Part shown: piece after piece, positions 56,267-64,000 of the stretch
How positions within the stretch are numbered: position 1 is the stretch's first letter
Layout of the letters: each line of letters opens with the position of its first letter
Translations under genes and position numbers: made by a program
Notes under the pieces: model-generated
What the model was told of the DNA's origin: nothing
The model's input: the letters and a program-made list of their open reading frames with translations, nothing else
Databases searched by the model: none
Assembly: GCA_963675295.2 (NCBI GenBank)
Contig: CAXXKJ010000002.1
Span: forward strand, 3,808,001 to 3,872,000
Length of the DNA: 64,000 nt
Direction: 5' to 3'
From: a bacterium
Lineage (GTDB): Bacteria; Electryoneota; Electryoneia; Electryoneales; Electryoneaceae

Positions 56267-57523
56267 ATGTCAGCCCCCCGTAGGAAAAGGTTGATTTTCA
56301 CTGGACTCGTTATCGCCGTTGTCGTCGCATTTCCCACTTTCAGCCACGCGCAGCAGCCCCCGGAGATACGTTGGGTGCATCTCATCGGTGGTGAGTTCAA
56401 CGACGATTCCCGCATGCTGATTGATGATGGGAACAACGGAATCGTGGCTGTTGGATTCACCGGGCAGGCTATGGAAGCGGAGTCAAGCTTGTTCTGCGTG
56501 CACGTGGACAGTGCTGGCGCGTTGGTCTGGTATCGTGTTTTCGATTACGGACAAGTAACGAAAGCAAAGGATATCATTCGACTTGACAGTGGTGGCTATC
56601 TCATCACCGGGTACCGGCTCGACAACGATGGAACCGGAATGGATGCGTTGCTGCTCCGTCTGGATGCAAATGGCAACCTGATTTGGGACAGGTTGATCGA
56701 AGGCTCGGAGGATGATGTTGCGTGGCGGTCTTGCCAGGTGCATCAGGGATTTGTGGTGATCGGGATTACCGAGAGCAATCCTACACAGCAGAAAAACTCG
56801 TTCTTTGCGAAGCTCAATATCCAGGGCGAAGTCCAATGGGTCCGCCAGCATGGCAGCGAGTATGCGGATCGGACAACTACGATGACACGGACAGCCGATG
56901 GTGGTTTCGCACTGGCCGGGATGACCCGGAACACATCGAATCAGCTGGACAATGGTTGGCTGGTCCGTACTGATTCCAACGGAAACGTACTCTGGGAACG
57001 CCAGTACGGTGGTGAGCGCACCGATGAATTCCACTGGGTGGAAGCGTTGACGGATGGTGGCTTCATCCTCTGCGGGCGTACAATGTCCAATCATGATCGT
57101 GAGGATTTTGATCACTGGGTGGTGCGTACCGATGCGGATGGAAATGAGCTCGCAAGCTTCAGCGGTGGTGTAAATGAAGCGAACGACTGGGCGCAGATGG
57201 TTCAACCATTGGGAACAGGATTTATCGTGACCGGCCGAGGACATGACGCGCAAAACGGGAAACAGGTTAGCCTTGGTTATTTCACCTCAAACCTGAGTGA
57301 AGTGTACCTTGTGGATCGAGGCTATCCTTCCATTGACATGGCGTATGCCGTGCGTGTGATGGACGATGGCGGGCTGGCGATTTCCGGCAAAGCGACCCAG
57401 CCGGATGCGGAGTTCACGGATTTGTTGATTGCTCGGACCGAACCCCATATCTACTCACCTGAAAACCTGCAACGAGACGGTCAACGCGGAGCCTTCCGGG
57501 TGATCCTAAGCCGCGTGGACTAG
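56267..57523 (+). CDS. Tandem paralog of the 54783..56000 beta-propeller protein
   Basis: AAGGAG RBS; shared blocks TKAKDI...GYL.TGYRL.NDGTGMD, DDVAWRS, DEFHWVE, DWAQMVQ. Confidence 0.85.
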   Translation: MSAPRRKRLIFTGLVIAVVVAFPTFSHAQQPPEIRWVHLIGGEFNDDSRMLIDDGNNGIVAVGFTGQAMEAESSLFCVHVDSAGALVWYRVFDYGQVTKAKDIIRLDSGGYLITGYRLDNDGTGMDALLLRLDANGNLIWDRLIEGSEDDVAWRSCQVHQGFVVIGITESNPTQQKNSFFAKLNIQGEVQWVRQHGSEYADRTTTMTRTADGGFALAGMTRNTSNQLDNGWLVRTDSNGNVLWERQYGGERTDEFHWVEALTDGGFILCGRTMSNHDREDFDHWVVRTDADGNELASFSGGVNEANDWAQMVQPLGTGFIVTGRGHDAQNGKQVSLGYFTSNLSEVYLVDRGYPSIDMAYAVRVMDDGGLAISGKATQPDAEFTDLLIARTEPHIYSPENLQRDGQRGAFRVILSRVD

Positions 57524-58995
57524 AACTGGAAGTAAATGTAGGCCACACGTTCACTGGGCCACAGCGCGAACAGGGCGAATCCCGCCGTGAAGTAGATCAG
57601 CCAGCGGACAGCGGCGGGGCGTTCATCCAGCCAGCCCGCGAATCCGCCGACGCGGTACGAGAACCAGTGCAGCAGGATAAAGGCGCCCGTGATCACGGCG
57701 ACGAGGAACGGGTTCGCCTGGGCCAGGCCCCACGATCCGAGCGTGAAATCGAAATCGAAGACGATGTACTTCTTGACGGAGTAGATCAGGTCCTGCGTAT
57801 CCTGCACGCGGAAGAAGATGCACGACAACATGCGCAGGTACATGAATAGCAGCCACTTGAACGTGCTGACGGTGAAGACACGGGCACGTGCCCTGCCCCG
57901 CAGCGTCATGCCCCACGGGTCCGGATCGCCGATCGCGGTGCGCCAGCGTGTCGCGCGTTCGATCACCATCACCACGCCGTTGAACAGGCCGTACATGACG
58001 AAATTCCAGCCCGCGCCGTGCCAGATCCCCATCAGCAGCATTGTGATCAGCAGGTTGATGTAGGTTCGGGCAATCCCTTTACGGCTGCCACCGAGCGGAA
58101 AGTAGAGATAGTCACGCACCCAGGTGGAGAGGGAAATATGCCAGCGTGTCCAGAACTCAGAGATGCTGCGTGAGAAATTCGGGTAACGGAAGTTGGCCGG
58201 GATGTGGAAGCCCATCATCCGCGCGACACCGATCGCCATGTCGCTGTAGGCGGAGAAATCGGCATAGATCTGGATTGCGAACGCGAACGCACCCAGCGCG
58301 ATCACCGGGCTCGGCAGGCCCTGCGGCAGGTCGAAGATGAGATCGACCAGCCGTCCCACCTGATCCGCGACCAGCATTTTCTTTACCAGACCGTTCAGAA
58401 AGAGGTGAAATCCGCTGCGCAGGTTGGCGGCTTTCAGGTTGATCACCTTGCCGCGCAGTTGTGGCAGGAAGTCGGTGCTGCGCAGGATCGGTCCGGCGAC
58501 CAGTTGCGGGAAAAAGGCGACATAGGTGGCGAAACGGACGACGGACCGTTCGGCCTCGGTGACCCCGCGGTAAACGTCGATGGTGTAGCTCATCGACTGG
58601 AAGGTGTAGAACGAAATGCCGACCGGCAGCAGAACGTTCAGGTACGGCAAGGCGGCGGTGACGCCGAGTTGTTGCAGGCCGACGTTGATCTCACCGGCGA
58701 AAAAGTTGAAGTACTTGAAGGTGCCGAGCAGGCCGAGGTTGGTGATGACGCTGAACCACAGCCATTTCTTGCGTTTCCGGTCGCCCAGCTCGCGCAGGCC
58801 CATGCGGTAGCCGGAAACGTAATCGACCAAGGTCGATCCCACAATCAGCAGGATGTAGAGCGGATTCCACCACATATAGAACACGTACGACGCGGCGAGC
58901 AGCATAAACAGTTGCAGCGTGTGCGTGCGCAGCAGGATGATCAGCACCAGCACGACAGCGAGCAAGACACCGAAGTCGAGAGTCTGGAAGAGCAT
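57520..58995 (-). CDS. MBOAT O-acyltransferase (AlgI/PatA/DltB-like)
   Basis: LPVGISFYTFQSMSY, FFPQLVAGPI, FWTRWHISLS, GIWHGA, C-terminal YFQF. Confidence 0.93.
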   Translation of the reverse strand: MLFQTLDFGVLLAVVLVLIILLRTHTLQLFMLLAASYVFYMWWNPLYILLIVGSTLVDYVSGYRMGLRELGDRKRKKWLWFSVITNLGLLGTFKYFNFFAGEINVGLQQLGVTAALPYLNVLLPVGISFYTFQSMSYTIDVYRGVTEAERSVVRFATYVAFFPQLVAGPILRSTDFLPQLRGKVINLKAANLRSGFHLFLNGLVKKMLVADQVGRLVDLIFDLPQGLPSPVIALGAFAFAIQIYADFSAYSDMAIGVARMMGFHIPANFRYPNFSRSISEFWTRWHISLSTWVRDYLYFPLGGSRKGIARTYINLLITMLLMGIWHGAGWNFVMYGLFNGVVMVIERATRWRTAIGDPDPWGMTLRGRARARVFTVSTFKWLLFMYLRMLSCIFFRVQDTQDLIYSVKKYIVFDFDFTLGSWGLAQANPFLVAVITGAFILLHWFSYRVGGFAGWLDERPAAVRWLIYFTAGFALFALWPSERVAYIYFQF

Positions 58996-60168
58996 CTAGC
59001 GTCCCCCGCCCGTGTCGCCGGTTCCGGTCCCGGAGGGGACACTTTCGGAGAAAGTGTCCCCTCTGGCACCGTCCACGTCGCCGGTTTCGCTGCTGCCAGT
59101 ACGAACCATCTCGCCGAGATCCGTTGCCAGTTTTTCCGACCATTTGATCCGGCCCGGTTCGTACGGGTGGACGTGGTCGGCGTAATCGGACTCATCGAGC
59201 AGCGTGCGATGGTCGAGCAGCGGCGTGTTGGTACGATCGGCCAAGGCGCTCAGCTGCGTCATCACGCGCTCGGTTTCCTCGTCGCCGAACGCACGGGCCA
59301 GGCGTGGGTTGACCGGCGCGACCACCATCGCGCAGCTCACATCCTTGTCCGCGAACCAGCCGATCAGTTCGTCGATCATCGCGATCTGCTCGTCCATCGC
59401 CTGTTGATCCTGGGCGGAAGCCTTGTTCACCTTGTCGGTGATCCAGCGTTCGGTGGAGGCATCTGAAACGCGGGTTTTGCGCACCCACGGGTTCTTGAAG
59501 TTGGTGGTGTAGCCATCGTAGCGCAGCCCCGGCTTCGAGACTTCGCGCATGTACATATCGAACGCGCCGATGGGAAAGACGCGGAAGTCGAGCAGGCTGG
59601 CGATGTCGGATTTATCCAGCGCGGCCAGCTGTTCCGGGGTGAAGTATTGTGCGAAGCGGTCGTGCGCGGCGGGAGTGAAGAAATTCCAGTACTCGGCGAT
59701 GGCCATCCCTTCTTCGGGTATTTTCTGCAGGCCGGTGACGCCGGTAAGGTCAATGGTCATGATGACCCAGGCGGGCTGGGTTTGCCGGAGGGCGTCCGCG
59801 ATCAGCATCCACTGCGGCGCGCCGGCGCCCATCAACGCGAGGTTGTAGCTCTGGGTGCCGTCGGGCAAGACCGGGTCGATCATCGTGCAGTCGACGCCTT
59901 CGAGTAGTACGGAGGAGCCGAGGAAATAGAGGTCGCCGGTGTGACTTTCCGCGGCCTGATCAGTGAGGAACTCGTGCACTTCGACGAGGCGGGCGCGGGT
60001 AACCGGCATCACACGGAGATCCACCACCAGCCAGTGGATGACGAGGAGAAACGCGACTCCGGCGAGCAGCGTGAAGAACAGTCCGTCAACCAGCGCGAGC
60101 AGCGCGCGCAGGTTGGCCGAACGCGGAGTCGGTGATGTGGTGTTGGCTTCGATGCGTTCCGCCGGCAT
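58996..60168 (-). CDS. Membrane-anchored SGNH-like partner of the MBOAT (AlgJ/PatB/DltD-like)
   Basis: N-terminal TM segment; FLGSS, YNLA and DHVH (DxxH) motifs; abuts the MBOAT start. Confidence 0.7.
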   Translation of the reverse strand: MPAERIEANTTSPTPRSANLRALLALVDGLFFTLLAGVAFLLVIHWLVVDLRVMPVTRARLVEVHEFLTDQAAESHTGDLYFLGSSVLLEGVDCTMIDPVLPDGTQSYNLALMGAGAPQWMLIADALRQTQPAWVIMTIDLTGVTGLQKIPEEGMAIAEYWNFFTPAAHDRFAQYFTPEQLAALDKSDIASLLDFRVFPIGAFDMYMREVSKPGLRYDGYTTNFKNPWVRKTRVSDASTERWITDKVNKASAQDQQAMDEQIAMIDELIGWFADKDVSCAMVVAPVNPRLARAFGDEETERVMTQLSALADRTNTPLLDHRTLLDESDYADHVHPYEPGRIKWSEKLATDLGEMVRTGSSETGDVDGARGDTFSESVPSGTGTGDTGGGR

Positions 60169-60249
60169 GGACGTGCACGAGTAATTCTGGGCGAACTGAC
60201 AATTTCAGTTCGCCCAGTTTACACTCCGCAATCGCCGTGAACAAGGGAC

Positions 60250-61779
60250 TCAGCGCACGAGAACCAGCTTCTGGACAGCGACCGGCTGACCGGTTGCCTG
60301 TGCCCGGACGAAGTAGGTGCCGCTGGCGAGGTTGCCGGCGTCCACCGGAATCCGGAAACTGCCGGCGTTCATCGACGCAGCCAGCAACGTCCGCACGACA
60401 CGTCCCTCGAGGTTGATGAGGTCAACGTTCAGCTGCGCCGGATGCGGCAGGTTCAACGCGATGGATGTGAACGCGTTGAACGGGTTCGGAAATGCCGTCT
60501 CCAGCAGCGAGGAGCCGTCAACGCCGGGGATGCTGTAATCCATGTACTCCCCGTCAACACCGGTGAGTGTGTTGCCGCTGTGATTGAATTCGGAGTCCGG
60601 GCCGTACTTGGCGACCAGGAAGCGCTGCGGTTCGACAGATCGTGTAAAGCCGGTCACCGCGAAGCCGCCGTCCGCCGTCTGGCATACTCCCCACGAGTCT
60701 TCCATCTCTGGCCCGCCGAGTGTTGTCGTCCATTCCCAGAATCCGTCCTCATCCGCTTTGGCGAGCAGAATCTGGTTGCCCGCGCTGGGGATGTTGGTCA
60801 CACCGGACATGATGTAGCCGCCGTCCGAAGTGCAGCAGACACTGCGACCGAACTCGAGGCGGTGTCCGCCCCACATTGTCATCCACAGCAGGTCGCCGCG
60901 CTGGTTGTAGCGCAGCAGCCACGCGTCCCCCTCGCCGAGGTCGAACGATTCGGTTTTGCCGGTGCAGATGAAGCCGCCGTCCGGGGTTTCCTTGAACTCG
61001 TAGATATGGTCCTTTTCCTCGCCGCCGTAGGTGACCGCACCGAGGAAATCGCCGTCCGGGTTGACTTTGCAGATGAAGGCGTCGCGTCCACCGGCACCGT
61101 ACGACCACGTGCGGCCGGCGAAGGCGTAGTTGCCATCCTGCAGGACTTCGAGTGTCCACGCCTGTTCCTTGACGCCGCCGTCGTAGGTCCGTTGCCAGAT
61201 CACCGAACCGTCATTCGGGTTGAGTTTCGCCAATACGGCCTTCATCCGGCTGGGGTCAAGTTCGGTCCAGCCGCAGACGAGGATGTCGTCTTCATGAGTA
61301 ACAGACACATCGCGGCCGAAGTCAGGGTGCGGAGATGGCAGACTGGTCGCCCACTGGAGGTTTCCGTCGCAATCGGTCTTGATCACGCCGATGTCGGAGT
61401 TGTTGCCGATGACCTGCGTGCTGGCCGCGATGACGAAGCCGCCGTCCGGGGTTGACTCGACCCCGTAGCCCATCTGGCGTTGCTCGTCCCCGTATTTCTG
61501 CTGCCACAGGAGGTGACCACTCGGGTCGAATTTGACCAGCCAGACGTCGCGGTCGTAGGTCTCGGTGGTATCGTACCCGAAGGTACCGCAGGCGACGATA
61601 CAGCCGTCCGCGAGTGGTTCGACGTCAAATCCCTGCGAGCAACCGAGACGATTGCCGCCGTAGCGAACCCAGAGCGAGTCCGGTGCTGTGCCGGCAAGGC
61701 ATGAAAGGGAACTGCACACGAGGAGAGTCGCCGCGAATGCGACAAGAAAACGACCACGTTTCATAGTCATGATGAGCAC
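60250..61779 (-). CDS. Secreted beta-propeller protein with a Por/T9SS-like tail (start may be 61764)
   Basis: TPDGGF, G.LLW...YG repeats; AFPNPFN...LASGTYF...QKLVLVR. Confidence 0.87.
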   Translation of the reverse strand: MLIMTMKRGRFLVAFAATLLVCSSLSCLAGTAPDSLWVRYGGNRLGCSQGFDVEPLADGCIVACGTFGYDTTETYDRDVWLVKFDPSGHLLWQQKYGDEQRQMGYGVESTPDGGFVIAASTQVIGNNSDIGVIKTDCDGNLQWATSLPSPHPDFGRDVSVTHEDDILVCGWTELDPSRMKAVLAKLNPNDGSVIWQRTYDGGVKEQAWTLEVLQDGNYAFAGRTWSYGAGGRDAFICKVNPDGDFLGAVTYGGEEKDHIYEFKETPDGGFICTGKTESFDLGEGDAWLLRYNQRGDLLWMTMWGGHRLEFGRSVCCTSDGGYIMSGVTNIPSAGNQILLAKADEDGFWEWTTTLGGPEMEDSWGVCQTADGGFAVTGFTRSVEPQRFLVAKYGPDSEFNHSGNTLTGVDGEYMDYSIPGVDGSSLLETAFPNPFNAFTSIALNLPHPAQLNVDLINLEGRVVRTLLAASMNAGSFRIPVDAGNLASGTYFVRAQATGQPVAVQKLVLVR

Positions 61780-61979
61780 CTGCTTGTATGTAATAATCCG
61801 TTCGATATTTGGAACAACGTCTATAACCTAGGGGTCGAACCGGGCGTTGTAAAGTGGGAGTGAGCAATCTTCCTGTTTCGCGGTGGAGCCAGCGGATAAT
61901 CCCTTGTGTTTGATATGGATAAACTTAAGCCGCTCCCGAGACGGAAGCGGCTTGCGGATACGACGAATCGTCCCGGGGT

Positions 61980-62579
61980 CTACTTCCGTAGCGGCATGCG
62001 TGGCAAGTGCAGCCCATGCCACAGCTTCACTTTGCTCTTGGACGGCGGGAAGACCCCTTCCTGAGCAAATCGAATGTCTTCCACGATGTAGAACGCGTTC
62101 GGGTTGTAGTGTTTGATCACGTCGATCAAATCGCCGAGACGGATGCGTTTAACCAGGGTGTAGATGACGCTCACCGGGCCGGTTGATCCTTCACCGAGCA
62201 CGCTGGTAACGCCGTAGTTTTTCTCGCGCAAGGCGTTAATCAGTTCAGTCGCGTCCTGGCGGGTGATGATGCGGACGCTGACAATCCCCAACGCCAGCCG
62301 TTGCTCGATCTGCATCCCGACGAAGGTTCCCGCCGCAAACCCACCGGCATATGCGATGTAGTAAATCGGTGCGGTCAGGTTCTGCATGATCTGGCCGATC
62401 GCCACGATCCAGACCAGCACCTCGACAAAACCGAGCAGCGGCGCAAGCGCCTTCATTCCGCGGGCAATGAAGATCACGCGGATGGTTCCGATGCTGACAT
62501 CGACGACACGGGCGAGGAAGATCAGGATCGGCAGAATCACCATCGTGAAAAGGGTGGAATCGGTACTCACGAGGTCCAT
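61980..62579 (-). CDS. UPF0316 / DUF2179-DUF5698 membrane protein
   Basis: IFLARVVDVSIGTIR, GFVEV.VW, YAGGFAAG, GVT...GEG..G, PNAF. Confidence 0.85.
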   Translation of the reverse strand: MDLVSTDSTLFTMVILPILIFLARVVDVSIGTIRVIFIARGMKALAPLLGFVEVLVWIVAIGQIMQNLTAPIYYIAYAGGFAAGTFVGMQIEQRLALGIVSVRIITRQDATELINALREKNYGVTSVLGEGSTGPVSVIYTLVKRIRLGDLIDVIKHYNPNAFYIVEDIRFAQEGVFPPSKSKVKLWHGLHLPRMPLRK

Positions 62580-62792
62580 GAAAACGTCAACTTTCCGGTT
62601 CTGTTGTGATCGGTATATCGAACGGAACATAGCGGGCGAATATACACCGATCCAATTGGATGTGGGTACGATCCCTGCTCGTAAAGACCCGGCTTTCCGG
62701 GCACTCAAAATCGGCTGAACGCAGCTCCATCCGCCGTCCCGGAACGCTACCTTTGCTCACCATCAATGCAATCATTTTAGGAGGAGCACACC

Positions 62793-64000
62793 ATGTCGCT
62801 GATGCACGAACTCCGCGACCAGTTCATGTCGTTGCATGAACGCAAGGAAAGCCTGTATTGGCAGAAAGCGATGAACCTTTCCGGCTACCAGGTGGGAAGT
62901 TGGGAGAAGGCCGACATCGAAATGAAACGATTCACCACCAACCCGGACTGGCTGAAGCAGGTACGCAAAGAGCTGGAGCGCAGCGGCCTGTCGGACACAG
63001 AGAAGCGTGTGCTGAACGGCTGGCGACGTTTCTTTGAAGCCAATGTGATCGAGAAAGCGCATGGTCGTGAACTGCAGGAACAGATGATCGGGATGGAGAG
63101 CGAGCTTGCTCGCAAGAAGATGGATGCCCATCTCGGCTACACCGATCCACATACGGGCGAACACCTGCAGGCAAGCCCGGTCAAGTTGCGGCTGATGGTG
63201 TTGACCAACGACGACGAGGCAATGCGCAAGGCAGCGTGGGAAGGCCTGCACGAAATCGAGGGTTGGCTGCTCGACCATGGCATGCTCGACATCATCGCCA
63301 AGCGTAACGAAATCGGACGAGCACTGGGCTACGACGATTTCTATTCCTGGCGGGTGCAGATGAACGAGGGCATCTCGAAGGAAGTCGTCTTCGAGAAGCT
63401 CGGCGACCTCGAACAAAACACGCGTGAAGCCTGCCGCCGGATCGTGGAAAACGTGAAGAAGGCACACGGTGAGGAAGGCGCGCGGCCGTGGAATTTCGAT
63501 TACCTGACCCGCGGTGACCTGACCAAGCAGCGCGCGCCGTATCTCAGTTTCGAGACCGCTGTCGAACGCTGGGGCCGCAGTTTCGCCGCGCTGGGAATCA
63601 ACCTCAACCATGCGAAGTTGCAGCTTGATCTCGTGGATCGAAGCGGCAAGTACGAAAACGGCTTCATGCATTCACCGCGGCCATCGTTCCTCGATGAAGG
63701 CACGCATCGGCCCGCAGAGATCAACTTCACCGCGAATGCTGTCCCCGGCCAGCCGGGCTCGGGCCAACGCGCACTGGAAACCCTGTTCCACGAGGGCGGG
63801 CACGCGGCCCACTTCGCGAACGTGATGATGCCGGCGCCGTGCTTCGGGCAGGAGTATGCGCCGACCTCGATTGCATTGGCGGAAACTCAGTCGATGTTCA
63901 TGGACAACTTCATCAGCGATCCGGACTGGTTGCAGCGATACGCACTCGACGCCAATGGCAAGACGATGCCGGCGGAATTGATCCACGCTACGGTCGAGGA
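62793..64000 (+). CDS. M3 family oligoendopeptidase (3'-truncated by the window edge; absent from the ORF track)
   Basis: AGGAGG RBS; reads open to the window end; GKYENGF, LFHEGGHAAHF (HExxH at 63789), AETQSMF. Confidence 0.9.
   Translation, partial: MSLMHELRDQFMSLHERKESLYWQKAMNLSGYQVGSWEKADIEMKRFTTNPDWLKQVRKELERSGLSDTEKRVLNGWRRFFEANVIEKAHGRELQEQMIGMESELARKKMDAHLGYTDPHTGEHLQASPVKLRLMVLTNDDEAMRKAAWEGLHEIEGWLLDHGMLDIIAKRNEIGRALGYDDFYSWRVQMNEGISKEVVFEKLGDLEQNTREACRRIVENVKKAHGEEGARPWNFDYLTRGDLTKQRAPYLSFETAVERWGRSFAALGINLNHAKLQLDLVDRSGKYENGFMHSPRPSFLDEGTHRPAEINFTANAVPGQPGSGQRALETLFHEGGHAAHFANVMMPAPCFGQEYAPTSIALAETQSMFMDNFISDPDWLQRYALDANGKTMPAELIHATVE

Overview
A mostly GC-rich chromosomal window (about 60-65% in core genes, estimated by eye) from what is probably a non-Bacteroidota FCB-superphylum bacterium. 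This is inferred from several secreted proteins with Por/T9SS-like 'YPNPFN...SGVY' tails. Core genes include xerD, an orphan flgB, a DtxR/MntR regulator, an rng / radical-SAM / CBS / ybeY / 7TM-HD / phoH operon, aspS, asnB, yjbQ, an NtrC-type regulator, a Glu dehydrogenase homolog, hsp20, an MBOAT+SGNH pair and a partial M3 peptidase. Interspersed are families of secreted CARDB and beta-propeller paralogs, a lower-GC NACHT/STAND-pentapeptide gene, and intergenic cassettes built from several REP-like hairpin families plus period-7 tracts. I found no rRNA, tRNA, CRISPR array, transposase or reverse transcriptase. The best leads are: (i) two secreted-protein genes with host-like GC-rich ends around AT-rich, highly diverged cores; (ii) a GDH homolog whose catalytic Lys is Asn; (iii) an IrrE/ImmA protease translationally coupled to a sigma54 activator; (iv) two matching TGAAC-N4-GTTCA operators; (v) a lipoprotein + LysM coiled-coil pair sharing an LEDCE motif; (vi) the NACHT gene with a DNA-identical pentapeptide array. 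All calls come from reading motifs by eye; no database searches were run.
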